From Anaerolineales bacterium (GTDB lineage Bacteria > Chloroflexota > Anaerolineae > Anaerolineales > E44-bin32): DNA of 64,000 nucleotides. Shown here piece by piece: positions 40,237 through 49,252 of this stretch. Numbering within the stretch: position 1 is the stretch's first letter; every line of letters starts with the position of its first letter. Position numbers and translations under genes: made by a program. The stretch spans positions 68,463 to 132,462 of the forward strand of contig DAOUEL010000011.1 in assembly GCA_034430595.1 (NCBI GenBank), in the 5' to 3' direction. The notes below the pieces were generated by a model. The model was not told the DNA's origin. It ran no database searches and saw nothing but the letters and a program-made list of their open reading frames with translations.

Positions 40237-40797
40237 ATGGCTAGACCTTCTTTCAGTCAAGAAGTCGGAAATCTGCTATATGCAGCGAAAGGGAGTCCGC
40301 TCAGCGCGTGTATCCAATGCGGGACATGCTCGGGTACTTGTCCTGTGACCGACTTCATGGACTACACGCCGCGCAGGTTGATCGGCCTGATCCTGGCCGA
40401 CATGAAAGAGGAGGTGTTGGCGAGCAATACCTTCTGGTATTGCGCTTCCTGTTTCTACTGCACGGTACGCTGCCCGAGCGATATCGACATTGCCGAGACG
40501 ATGTACGCGCTCAAGCGCTACTCGATCTGGAAGCATATCCATCAGGAGGGTTTGGTCGGCCCAACCTTTTCTGAGACGTTTGTAAAGACAATCTTGCGAA
40601 GCGGTCGATCGTATGAGCCGATCATGGCAACATCCTACCTGTTCAGCTCCGGTGTCAAGGAGTGGATCCAGGAAGCTGCCATGGCGACCGGGCTGATGCT
40701 CAAAGGTAGGATGCCTGTCCTTCCCCCGCGCATCAAGCGCCTGGACAATTTCAAACGCATGATCGAAAAGGTGATCCCGTTGGGAGGTCAATCATGA
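40237..40797 (+). CDS. hdrC: Heterodisulfide reductase subunit C-like ferredoxin
   Basis: CIQCGTCSGTCP and CASCFYCTVRCP. GGGAGG RBS. 4-nt ATGA overlap with the next gene. Confidence 0.85.
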   Translation: MARPSFSQEVGNLLYAAKGSPLSACIQCGTCSGTCPVTDFMDYTPRRLIGLILADMKEEVLASNTFWYCASCFYCTVRCPSDIDIAETMYALKRYSIWKHIHQEGLVGPTFSETFVKTILRSGRSYEPIMATSYLFSSGVKEWIQEAAMATGLMLKGRMPVLPPRIKRLDNFKRMIEKVIPLGGQS

Positions 40798-41663
40798 AGC
40801 AGTTCGCATACTTCCCCGGGTGCTCGCTCGAGAAAATCGCGTTGAGCTACAACCAGTCCACCATCGAAACTACCCGCAAGATGGGGGTCGAGCTGAAGGA
40901 GCTGGAGGACTGGAACTGCTGCGGTGCGACAGCCTATTTCCACGTCGACGAACTGCTCGCCTACACGCTCTGCGCCCGCAACATCGCCATGGCGGAGAAG
41001 GAGCATCTCGACCTGGTCGCACCCTGCAGTGCCTGTTTCAAGAATACTTACTTCACGAACCGCGCCTTGAAGGAAGATCCTGACCTGGCCGATCATATCA
41101 ATGTAGCTCTGGCTGAAGACGATCTGCATTTTTCAGGAGATATCGAGGTCCGGCACCTGCTGGAGATGATCGTCGAGGATATCGGCTGCGAGCAGGTCAA
41201 GGAGCAGGTCAGCAACCCGCTCGAAGGTCTGCGAGTCGCTACCTATTACGGCTGCCAGATCGTTCGACCTCAGAAGGACCATGAGAATGTCGAAGACCCG
41301 GAGTTCTTCGAGAATCTGATGACTGCAATCGGGGCTGATCCGATCCCCTTTGCTCTCAAGATGAGGTGCTGCGGTGGATCGCTGCTGATCTCCAGCCGGG
41401 AAGCGGCGCTTGACATGATCTTCAACCTTCTGAAATGCGCAGAAGACAGCGGGGCTGACGTCATCGTGACCGCCTGCCCGCTGTGCCAGATCAACCTCGA
41501 GTGCTACCAACCACAAGTAAACCAGGAGTATGGGACCAGCTTCCACATCCCGGTCGTGTACTTCACCCAACTTTTAGGCCTGGCCCTTGGGCTTTCGAAC
41601 AAATCACTGGGCTTGGGAACCGAATTAATCGCCGCCACACCGTTAGCTCAGTACGCGACCTGA
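40794..41663 (+). CDS. hdrB: Heterodisulfide reductase subunit B-like (two CCG domains)
   Basis: YFPGCSL...NCCGA and YYGCQIVRP...RCCGGSLL: duplicated CCG cysteine-rich motif. Confidence 0.85.
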   Translation: MKQFAYFPGCSLEKIALSYNQSTIETTRKMGVELKELEDWNCCGATAYFHVDELLAYTLCARNIAMAEKEHLDLVAPCSACFKNTYFTNRALKEDPDLADHINVALAEDDLHFSGDIEVRHLLEMIVEDIGCEQVKEQVSNPLEGLRVATYYGCQIVRPQKDHENVEDPEFFENLMTAIGADPIPFALKMRCCGGSLLISSREAALDMIFNLLKCAEDSGADVIVTACPLCQINLECYQPQVNQEYGTSFHIPVVYFTQLLGLALGLSNKSLGLGTELIAATPLAQYAT

Positions 41664-41734
41664 GGAGGGAGCGATTTGATGAAGAGACATGCAACGATCG
41701 CACCTTCAACGCCATCACGAAAGGACGGTCATCT

Positions 41735-43762
41735 ATGAGTGAAAAAGTAGGAGTGTATATCTGCCACTGTGGCTCAAACATCGCCGGAGTGGTCGACGTC
41801 GAGGGAGTCGCCGAATGGGCGGGCGAGAACCTCGAAAATGTCACCGTCGCTCGGGATTACCAGTTCATGTGCTCCTCACTGGGGCAGGAACTGATCGAGG
41901 ACGATATCAAAAACGAAGGCCTGACACGCGTCGTCGTCGCAGCCTGCTCACCGCACCTGCATGAGAAGACGTTCCGGCGGGCTTGCTCCAACGCAGGACT
42001 GAACCCGTACCTGTGCCAGATGACGAGCATTCGCGAGCAGGTCTCGTGGGTCGTGGAAGATAAGGCGGCCGCCACCGAGAAGGCCAAGGCCATGATTTCC
42101 GGGGCCGTGCGCCGGGTGCAGCTGCAAGAAGAACTTCAGCCGACCGAAGTTCCAGTCAACCAGCACACGCTCGTCGTGGGCGGAGGGATTGCTGGCATCC
42201 AAGCCGCACTAGAGCTGGCCGATGCCGGCTACCCTGTGTATCTGGTCGAGCGGGAACCGTCGATCGGCGGCCATATGGCGCAGTTCGATAAGACCTTCCC
42301 CACTCTCGACTGTGCCGCCTGTATCTTGACCCCGAAAATGTCAGACGTTGGAGCCCATTCCAACATCACCCTGCTGACCTACAGCGAGGTGGAAGAGATG
42401 AGCGGCTATGTGGGCAATTTTGACGTCCGCATCAAGAAGAAGGCTCGTTATGTAGATGAGGAAGCCTGCACCGGCTGCGGCATCTGCATCGAGAAATGCC
42501 CCAAGAAAGTCGTCGACGATGTCTTCGAAGTGGGCATGGGCCTTCGGAAGTCAATCTACCGGCCCTTCCCGCAAGCCGTTCCTAACTTCCCTGTGATCGA
42601 TACTGAATCCTGCACTTACTTCGAACGCGGCAAGTGCAAGGCCTGCGAGATCTTCTGCCCGACGAAGGCCATCGACTTCGAGCAGCAGGATACTTACCTA
42701 GACGTCACGGTCGGGAATGTGATCCTGGCCACCGGCTACGACCTGTTCGATGTCAAGCGCATGCCGCAGTACGGGCACGGCCGCCTGGCCAATGTGTTTA
42801 CCAGCCTCGAGTTCGAGCGCATGTGCAACGCCTCCGGGCCGACCGACGGGAAGGTCGTGCTGCGTGACGGCGTGACCGAGCCCAAATCGGTGGCGATCGT
42901 GCACTGCGTGGGCAGTCGTGACGAGAACTACAACACCTACTGCTCAAGCATCTGCTGCATGAGCGCGCTTAAATTCGGCCATCTGGTCATGGAAAAGACC
43001 GGCGCCGAAGTCCACTCGTGCTATATCGACATACGAACGACACAGAAAGGTTATGAGGAGTTCTACAACCGGCTGCTCGCAGAAGGGATGCATTTCATCC
43101 GCGGTAAGGTCGCAGAAGTAACCGATGCAGCGCGTACCGAGGAAGAAGAAGGCAAACTGATCGTGCAGGTCGAGGACACCCTGCTCGGCATCCAGCGTCG
43201 AATACCCGTCGACATGGTGATCCTGATGGCCGCCCTCGAACCCAGGGCCGATGCCCGGGAAGTTGGATTGAAGTTTGGCATCTCCTGCAGCATGGAAGGC
43301 TGGTTCACCGAGCGACACCCAAAGCTCGACCCGGTTGCAACCATGACCGACGGCGTCTTCATCGCCGGCGTATCGCAAGGACCAAAGGATATCCCTGCAA
43401 CCGTCGCCCAAGGCGCCGCAGCTGCTGCCCGAGTCGGGGGCATGGTTTCCATCGGGATGGTAGAAATCGAGCCCGTCGTAGCCACCATTCACGAAGAGCA
43501 CTGCTCGGGCTGCCGCATCTGCAACACGCTCTGCCCGTTCAATGCCATCGAATTCCTGCCGGACAAGGGAGTCAGCTTCATCAATTCCGTCCTCTGCAAA
43601 GGCTGCGGAACATGCGTCGCAGCCTGCCCGGCCCAGGCGATCTCCGGCGCGCACTTCAGCAACGGTCAGATCCTGGCCGAACTCGAAGGCTTGCTCTACG
43701 ATGTATATTCCGGTAACGGTACGCAAACTGCGCAGGTCGAATCAGAAGCGATCCCTGCCTGA
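41735..43762 (+). CDS. hdrA: Heterodisulfide reductase subunit A-like FAD/Fe-S protein
   Basis: ATG 41735 (MSEKVGVYICHCGSNIAG). FAD fold VVGGGIAGIQAALELADAG. Ferredoxin motifs CTGCGICIEKCP, CSGCRICNTLCP and CKGCGTCVAACP. The ORF-track start 41483 overlaps hdrB. Confidence 0.9.
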   Translation: MSEKVGVYICHCGSNIAGVVDVEGVAEWAGENLENVTVARDYQFMCSSLGQELIEDDIKNEGLTRVVVAACSPHLHEKTFRRACSNAGLNPYLCQMTSIREQVSWVVEDKAAATEKAKAMISGAVRRVQLQEELQPTEVPVNQHTLVVGGGIAGIQAALELADAGYPVYLVEREPSIGGHMAQFDKTFPTLDCAACILTPKMSDVGAHSNITLLTYSEVEEMSGYVGNFDVRIKKKARYVDEEACTGCGICIEKCPKKVVDDVFEVGMGLRKSIYRPFPQAVPNFPVIDTESCTYFERGKCKACEIFCPTKAIDFEQQDTYLDVTVGNVILATGYDLFDVKRMPQYGHGRLANVFTSLEFERMCNASGPTDGKVVLRDGVTEPKSVAIVHCVGSRDENYNTYCSSICCMSALKFGHLVMEKTGAEVHSCYIDIRTTQKGYEEFYNRLLAEGMHFIRGKVAEVTDAARTEEEEGKLIVQVEDTLLGIQRRIPVDMVILMAALEPRADAREVGLKFGISCSMEGWFTERHPKLDPVATMTDGVFIAGVSQGPKDIPATVAQGAAAAARVGGMVSIGMVEIEPVVATIHEEHCSGCRICNTLCPFNAIEFLPDKGVSFINSVLCKGCGTCVAACPAQAISGAHFSNGQILAELEGLLYDVYSGNGTQTAQVESEAIPA

Positions 43763-43777
43763 TGGAGGAAGCAACCT

Positions 43778-44275
43778 ATGACTGAAGAAACGTTTGAACC
43801 CAAGATCGTGGCCTTCCTGTGCAACTGGTGCTCCTACCGCGCCGCGGATCTGGCAGGGACGGCCCGCATCAAATACCAACCCAACATACGCATGATTCGC
43901 GTGATGTGCAGCGGACGCGTCGACCCCGACTTCGTGCTCAAGGCGCTTGCGCTGGGTGCTGATGGGGTCATGATCGCCGGCTGCCATCCCGGAGAATGCC
44001 ACTACCTGGAACAGAATTACAAGGCTATGCGGCGCTTTTCGATGCTGAAACACGCCCTGCGCCAGTTTGGGGTGGAAGACGAGCGTGTCCGCCTGCAATG
44101 GGCATCGGCCGCCGAAGGCGTTCAGCTGGCTGCGGCGATCAACGACATGATTGACAAAGTGCGCGCGCTGGGGCCGCTGAACTGGCCCGCGAAGTGGTCA
44201 GAGAACGGAAGGGTCGAAGCTGCGATCGAACGGATCCCAGAAGAGCACGCCGAAGCGATGGAGGTGCCAGCATGA
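43778..44275 (+). CDS. mvhD: MvhD/FlpD-like hydrogenase delta subunit
   Basis: IVAFLCNWCSYRAADLAG...MCSGRVDP...AGCHPGECHY. GGAGGA RBS. Confidence 0.9.
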   Translation: MTEETFEPKIVAFLCNWCSYRAADLAGTARIKYQPNIRMIRVMCSGRVDPDFVLKALALGADGVMIAGCHPGECHYLEQNYKAMRRFSMLKHALRQFGVEDERVRLQWASAAEGVQLAAAINDMIDKVRALGPLNWPAKWSENGRVEAAIERIPEEHAEAMEVPA

Positions 44276-45297
44276 GCGCTAAGAAAGAGACCAAACCGGC
44301 TGAAAAAGCCAAGCTTGCCCTCTACTGGGCTGCCTCCTGTGGTGGCTGCGAGATAGCCGTGCTGGGGATCGATGACAAGATTCTCCAGGTTGCTGATGCC
44401 TTCGATATCGTACTCTGGCCAGTTGCCATTGACGCCAAGGTCCGCAGCATTGAGAAGATGGACGACCAGAGCATCGATCTCTGCCTCTTCAACGGTGCCA
44501 TTCGAACCAGCGAACAGGAATACATGGCCCGCTTGCTGCGGCAGAAATCCAAGGTGCTGGTCGCCTTCGGATCGTGTGCGCATGAAGGTTGCATCCCCGG
44601 CCTTGGAAATGTAGCCAACCGGGAGCAGATTTTCCAGGTCGCCTACCACGACACGCCCAGCACGGTGAATCCGGATGGGATCATCCCGCAAGAAGAGACG
44701 GAAATGCCGGAAGGCTCGCTCTACCTGCCGCTTTTCTACGACACGGTGAAGACGCTCGACCAGACGGTGCCGGTGGATTACTACCTGCCCGGCTGCCCGC
44801 CTGAACCCGAGCGGATCTGGGATGCACTGGTCGCGATCCTAGAAAACAAGCTTCCGGCTCCCGGATCGGTCATCGGGGCCGAGACCACGGTCTGCGATAC
44901 CTGCCCGCGCACCCGCAACGAGAAGAAGATCACGGAGTTCAAGCGCACCTGGGAGATTATCCCAGATCCAGATGTGTGCCTGCTTGAACAGGGCCTGGTG
45001 TGCTGTGGCATCGCCACACGCGCCGGCTGCGGTGCACTCTGCCCAACGGTCGGCTCGCCCTGCATCGGGTGTTATGGTCCGAATGCCGGCGTGACCGATT
45101 TCGGCGCCCGCATGATGAGTGCACTGGCCTCCGTGATCGACTCCCAGGATCCGGCGGAAATCGATCGCATCATAAGCGAGGGAATCCCCGATCCGATTGG
45201 GAGCTTCTACCGCTTCAGCCTGGCCCACGGCGAACTGCGCAGGCTGGTGGCCAACGGCAACGGCAAGGTACAAGACCCTGCCCTTGAGACTGCCTGA
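44272..45297 (+). CDS. mvhG: [NiFe]-hydrogenase small subunit, cytoplasmic MvhG-like (group 3c-type context)
   Basis: ATG 44272 overlaps the mvhD stop (ATGA). LALYWAASCGGCEIAVLG proximal-cluster motif. No twin-arginine signal peptide. Confidence 0.88.
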   Translation: MSAKKETKPAEKAKLALYWAASCGGCEIAVLGIDDKILQVADAFDIVLWPVAIDAKVRSIEKMDDQSIDLCLFNGAIRTSEQEYMARLLRQKSKVLVAFGSCAHEGCIPGLGNVANREQIFQVAYHDTPSTVNPDGIIPQEETEMPEGSLYLPLFYDTVKTLDQTVPVDYYLPGCPPEPERIWDALVAILENKLPAPGSVIGAETTVCDTCPRTRNEKKITEFKRTWEIIPDPDVCLLEQGLVCCGIATRAGCGALCPTVGSPCIGCYGPNAGVTDFGARMMSALASVIDSQDPAEIDRIISEGIPDPIGSFYRFSLAHGELRRLVANGNGKVQDPALETA

Positions 45298-45310
45298 GAG
45301 AGGTGAACCC

Positions 45311-46777
45311 ATGAATCGAATTTCTATCGACCCCATCACCCGCCTCGAAGGCCACGGCAAGATTGACATCTTCCTGGATGGCAAGGGTGAGGTTGCCAAT
45401 GCGTACCTGCAGGTCCCGGAGCTGCGTGGCTTCGAGCGTTTCTGTGTTGGGCGACCGGCGGAATACATGCCCAACATCACCAACCGCATCTGCGGCGTCT
45501 GCCCCGAGGCCCACCACATGGCTTCGACCAAGGCGCTCGATGCACTTTTCCATGTCGACCCTCCGCCGACGGCCAAGAAGCTGCGCGAACTGTTCTACAG
45601 CATCTTCTTCGCCACCGATCACACCACCCACTTCTACGCACTCGGCGGCCCGGACTTCGTGATGGGCCCCGATGCCCCAGTGGCTGAACGCAATATCCTG
45701 GGTGTGATTGCAAAGGTAGGCATGGATATCGCTGGCAAGGTGCTCAAGATGCGCCATGACGGGCACCACTTAATCAAGATGATCGGCGGCCGCCCGGTGC
45801 ACCCGAACTGGGGACTGCCGGGTGGTGTGAGCCGCGGCATCACCGAAGAGCAGCGGGCGGAGATCGAAGCCCTCGGTCGCGATGCGATCGAGTTCGCCAA
45901 GTTCTCGCTCCAGCTTTTCAACGACATCGTCCTTGGCAACCCGGCCTATGTCGACCTGATCAAGAACGATGCCTTCGTCAGCCATACCTACAACATGGGA
46001 ACGGTGGACGAGAACAACCATGTCAATTTCTATGACGGCATGATCCGCATCGTCGGGCCGGATGGCAAGGAACAGGCTAAGTACCATGCGAAGGACTACC
46101 TCGATCACATCGAGGAACGGGTCGAGCCATGGTCGTACCTGAAGTTCCCGTACCTGAAGGAGGTTGGCTGGAACGGCTTCGTCGACGGCATCGACTCCGG
46201 TGTGTATAAAGCCACGCCGCTCTCACGCCTGAACGCGGCCGATGGCATGGCAACCCCGCTGGCCCAGGCGGAATACGAACGCATGTATGAAACCCTGGGC
46301 GGCAAGCCGGTTGATCACACGCTTGCCACGCACTGGGCGCGCCTGATCGAGCTGCTCTATGCAACCGAGCACTGGGTTGAACTGGCCACTGACCCGGAGA
46401 TCACCGGGACAGATTACCGTACACTGCCTACCGAGACACCTGATGAAGGCGTCGGCTGCGTCGAAGCTCCGCGCGGCACGCTCACCCATCACTACTGGAC
46501 CGATGAGCGCGGCATCCTGACCAAGGTGAACTTGATCGTCGGAACCACCAATAACAACGCCGCGATCAACATGTCGGTCAAGAAGGCCGCGCAAGGTTTG
46601 ATCAAGCCCGGCGTCGAGATCAAGGAAGGCCTGCTCAATACGATCGAGATGGCCTACCGCGCCTACGATCCCTGCATGGCCTGCGCAACGCACACTCTGC
46701 CGGGCCAGATGCCGTTGGAGGTCACCATCCGGGATGAAGATGGAGAGGTAATCGAAACACTGAGTAAGAATATCTAA
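45311..46777 (+). CDS. mvhA: [NiFe]-hydrogenase large subunit, MvhA-like
   Basis: ITRLEGHGKI, RICGVCPEAHH (N-terminal Ni-Fe ligands) and DPCMACATH (C-terminal ligands). A 27-aa tail follows, as expected for endopeptidase processing. Confidence 0.92.
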   Translation: MNRISIDPITRLEGHGKIDIFLDGKGEVANAYLQVPELRGFERFCVGRPAEYMPNITNRICGVCPEAHHMASTKALDALFHVDPPPTAKKLRELFYSIFFATDHTTHFYALGGPDFVMGPDAPVAERNILGVIAKVGMDIAGKVLKMRHDGHHLIKMIGGRPVHPNWGLPGGVSRGITEEQRAEIEALGRDAIEFAKFSLQLFNDIVLGNPAYVDLIKNDAFVSHTYNMGTVDENNHVNFYDGMIRIVGPDGKEQAKYHAKDYLDHIEERVEPWSYLKFPYLKEVGWNGFVDGIDSGVYKATPLSRLNAADGMATPLAQAEYERMYETLGGKPVDHTLATHWARLIELLYATEHWVELATDPEITGTDYRTLPTETPDEGVGCVEAPRGTLTHHYWTDERGILTKVNLIVGTTNNNAAINMSVKKAAQGLIKPGVEIKEGLLNTIEMAYRAYDPCMACATHTLPGQMPLEVTIRDEDGEVIETLSKNI

Positions 46778-46786
46778 ACTCAAACT

Positions 46787-46848
46787 GCAGGCGGCTGGTC
46801 AGGGGCATTTCGTCGTGAAAGCCGGACAGCCCGGCCAGCCGCCCGCAC
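46787..46848 (+). other. Intercistronic GC-rich stem-loop between mvhA and the maturation protease gene
   Basis: tgcaGGCGGCTGG ... CCAGCCGCCcgca: 9 perfect bp (13 with one mismatch), with an inner ccgg-acagc-ccgg hairpin. No T-tract. Confidence 0.4.
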
Positions 46849-46866
46849 GAAGACGTCAAAGTGACA

Positions 46867-47340
46867 ATGAAAACACTTATTCTTGGGCTGGGAAATCCAC
46901 TGCTTCGGGATGACAGCATCGGACTGCAAGTGGTCCAAGAGCTGCGCCCTATGCTTGAGATGGATCCTGATATCGAACTCGATCAGGATTACTGGGGGGG
47001 ATTGCGTCTGATGGAGCGGATGATCGGTTTTGAGCGCGCCATCATCATCGATGCGATTCAAACCGGCGCCGAGCCTGGAACAATCCACCTGCTCTCGCCT
47101 GGCGATATCCCAACCCAGCGCAGTGCCTCTGCCCATGATGTCAATCTGCCGACCGCGCTCGAATTCGGCCGTCAGGCTGGAGCCCAGCTTCCGTCCGAAG
47201 GGCAGATTCTGCTGATCGGGATCGAGGCAGAGGATGTGCTCACTTTTGACGAAAACCTCAGTCCCAACGTCCAACAGGCGCTCCCGCGAGCGGTAGAGAC
47301 TGTCTTCGCCGCTCTGGAGCGAGAGAGAGAACCCATATGA
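46867..47340 (+). CDS. Hydrogenase maturation endopeptidase (HycI/HyaD/FrhD family)
   Basis: MKTLILGLGNPLLRDDSIGLQV (GxGNxxxxDDxxG) and a later SAHD. GTG 46861 is an alternative start. Confidence 0.88.
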   Translation: MKTLILGLGNPLLRDDSIGLQVVQELRPMLEMDPDIELDQDYWGGLRLMERMIGFERAIIIDAIQTGAEPGTIHLLSPGDIPTQRSASAHDVNLPTALEFGRQAGAQLPSEGQILLIGIEAEDVLTFDENLSPNVQQALPRAVETVFAALEREREPI

Positions 47341-47831
47341 TTTCACCGGAAGAGCTACGTCGATATCCATACTTCACCAGTTCATGTGATGAGTGCCTGG
47401 CGGATGTGGCAAAAATCTGCGAAGTGAAGACTTTTAAAGGTGGCGAAACCCTTTTTGAAGAAAGCGCCGGGCTAATTGCTACATCAAAGATCTACGAGAA
47501 AGGCAACGAAGCTACGCATCTCTTCCTGCTGACAAAAGGCAGCGTTGATATCGCCCTGACGCTCGGCAGCGGGGAGAAGGTGATCGTCGGAGCACTCGTT
47601 GCAGGCGACCTGATGGCCATCTCGGCGTTAATCCCGCCCTACCAACTCACGGCTGCCGGAATTGCCAAATCTGATGGAGAATATATCCAAATTGAAGCCG
47701 CTCCACTCCGCAGGATCTGCGAAGATAACCCTGATCTTGGCTATCGTCTCATGCAGAGCGTTGCCAAGGGATTGATGGGCAGGCTGCAGTCCACGCGCGT
47801 CGAGCTTGCAGGCGAAAGCTACACTTCCTGA
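47337..47831 (+). CDS. Stand-alone cNMP-binding-like domain protein, no HTH (paralog of 35994..36464)
   Basis: 164 aa. FKGGETLFEE...THLFLLTKGSVDI...GDLMAISALIPPYQLTAAGIAK...LGYRLMQSVAKGLMGRLQSTRVEL aligns block by block with the protein at 35994. 4-nt overlap with the protease gene. Confidence 0.75.
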   Translation: MISPEELRRYPYFTSSCDECLADVAKICEVKTFKGGETLFEESAGLIATSKIYEKGNEATHLFLLTKGSVDIALTLGSGEKVIVGALVAGDLMAISALIPPYQLTAAGIAKSDGEYIQIEAAPLRRICEDNPDLGYRLMQSVAKGLMGRLQSTRVELAGESYTS

Positions 47832-47860
47832 GGGCCACTTCTATCCTGCAAGCTGACCGG

Positions 47861-47900
47861 GAAGGTGGATCGTCACATGACGGTCCACCTTCTTCTTTGT
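47861..47900 (+). terminator. Rho-independent terminator ending the hdr-mvh transcription unit
   Basis: GAAGGTGGA-(tcgtcacatgacgg)-TCCACCTTC followed by TTCTTTGT. Confidence 0.7.
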
Positions 47901-48019
47901 CGTGGCAAGTGTCTGCTGGAATTCCACCGACTGAATCGATTTGCCGTTCCCCTCCTGGCCGGCGTACACTGTTCCCCGGCAAGATACCGTTCCGCACAAT
48001 CCAAGGCCAGGATCGACCA

Positions 48020-48727
48020 ATGTTCAAAGTGATAGGGCTCGACGCAGACGATACCCTCTGGGAAAATGAAATTTTCTACCGGCGTGGCCGTAAGCTTTTC
48101 AACCACCTGCTTTCCAGTTACCCGGTTGACGTCGATGTTGAGACATTTGTCCATAATCTCGAAATTCAGAACCTGGATACCTACGGATACGGTGCAGCTG
48201 GCTTTGTCCTTTCATTGATTGAGGCTGCAGATGCTCTCACAAAGAGCCGCTTCTCGAGCAAGGATACCGTTCGGCTGATTGACCATTTGAAGGTAATGCT
48301 TTCGACTAAAGTGCAGCTGCTCGAGGGCGCCTCTGGGCTCGTCGCCACACTCGCTGAGATGCACCGCTTGGTCCTGATCACGAAAGGCGATCTAAGGCAC
48401 CAGCGCTTAAAGGTGGACGATTCCGGGCTGGCTGGATATTTCGAGCGGGTCGAGATCGTGAGCGAGAAGAGCCCGGATGTGTACAGTCGGATCATCGCCG
48501 ACTGCGGGATCGATCCAGGGGATTTCCTGATGGTCGGGAATTCGCTCCGCTCCGATATCCTGCCCGTACTCGAGATCGACGCCTGGGCGATATATGTGCC
48601 GAACGAGCTGACCTGGAGCCACGAGACTCTCGAAGATTTGCCGCTGCATGAACCGCGTTTCGCAGAGGCAGCAACTTTGAACGATGTTCCGGGGCTGGTG
48701 GAAGCGCTCGAAGCTCAGGATGAATGA
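48020..48727 (+). CDS. HAD-superfamily hydrolase
   Basis: MFKVIGLDADDTLW (motif I DxDxT), LITKGD, and MVGNSLRSDI (motif IV). The ORF-track start 47897 lacks support. Confidence 0.8.
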   Translation: MFKVIGLDADDTLWENEIFYRRGRKLFNHLLSSYPVDVDVETFVHNLEIQNLDTYGYGAAGFVLSLIEAADALTKSRFSSKDTVRLIDHLKVMLSTKVQLLEGASGLVATLAEMHRLVLITKGDLRHQRLKVDDSGLAGYFERVEIVSEKSPDVYSRIIADCGIDPGDFLMVGNSLRSDILPVLEIDAWAIYVPNELTWSHETLEDLPLHEPRFAEAATLNDVPGLVEALEAQDE

Positions 48728-48781
48728 GGTTGCGGCGAACAGGGTTGGAAACCGAGCAAATACGCTATAATTCCCCCGCAA

Positions 48782-48854
48782 GCCCCCGTAGCTCAATGGA
48801 TAGAGCGCCTGACTTCGAATCAGTAGGTTGCGCGTTCGAGTCGCGCCGGGGGCG
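48782..48854 (+). tRNA. tRNA-Arg (anticodon TCG)
   Basis: Manual cloverleaf: acceptor GCCCCCG/CGGGGGC, D arm GCTC-AATGGATA-GAGC, anticodon arm CCTGA-CTTCGAA-TCAGT (one C.T mismatch at 27:43), T arm GCGCG-TTCGAGT-CGCGC. No encoded CCA. Confidence 0.85.
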
Positions 48855-48900
48855 CCTGAGATACGGCGCACTCAATGGTGCGATCTCCCATATCAAAGGG

Positions 48901-48929
48901 CAAAGCCTCTCCATCAATCGGAGAGGCTT
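48901..48929. other. 11-bp hairpin downstream of tRNA-Arg (possible terminator for the minus-strand small ORF)
   Basis: AAAGCCTCTCC-atcaatc-GGAGAGGCTTT. No strong T-tract on either side. Confidence 0.35.
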
Positions 48930-49009
48930 TCAGGTCTGCTGGGGTCTCCCTCAACTTCTTCGCAGCTGCAAGGATCTCAACTCTTATCAACGCCCCCTTT
49001 GTCAGGCTC

Positions 49010-49252
49010 TCACCTGCTACAGCTGATCGGAGGGATACTTCTAAGCATAGCGAAGAGAATCCCTAAAGTAGCCCCACCGGCGATCCCGCCAAGGAGATTC
49101 CCTGCGGCGAATCCGGCCGCTGCAGCCAGATCCAAGCCCAAAAGGGTCCAAACCCTTGCTTTAATTTCTCGCACGCCAAACCACAAGAGCGTGACTCGGA
49201 CAATTCCCCCGGAAGGCTGGATATGCAATCGGGAGTGTCTAGGAGGCAACAC
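49010..49252 (-). CDS. Possible small glycine-zipper membrane protein (hypothetical)
   Basis: 80-aa ORF with a GTG start. The C-terminal half LGLDLAAAAGFAAGNLLGGIAGGATLGILFAML has a GxxxG-rich hydrophobic pattern. No RBS or homology evidence. Confidence 0.3.
   Translation of the reverse strand: MLPPRHSRLHIQPSGGIVRVTLLWFGVREIKARVWTLLGLDLAAAAGFAAGNLLGGIAGGATLGILFAMLRSIPPISCSR

Noticed and set aside
41483-41734. 5' extensions of several ORF-track entries: hdrA 41483, membrane Fe-S 33834, mvhG 44194, mvhA 45197, HAD 47897, RR 25170, REC 26664, etfB 32182, STK 910.
   Set aside because: Each extension overlaps the preceding gene or lacks an RBS. An internal ATG or GTG with a Shine-Dalgarno and a family-typical N-terminus is available in every case, and coordinates were trimmed accordingly.
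42944-43726. Long antisense or off-frame ORFs inside well-supported genes, for example 42944..43726(-), 6243..7142(-), 44839..45576(-), 31851..32573(-), 15900..16808(+), 49340..50116(+), 12096..12701(+).
   Set aside because: These are typical shadow ORFs of GC-rich DNA. Their translations are Arg/Ala/Pro/Gly-rich with no motifs, and they fully overlap genes with clear family signatures.
41735-46777. A check for in-frame TGA (selenocysteine) or other recoding in hdrA, mvhD and mvhA.
   Set aside because: All three are uninterrupted ORFs with cysteine codons at the relevant ligand positions. There is no evidence of recoding.
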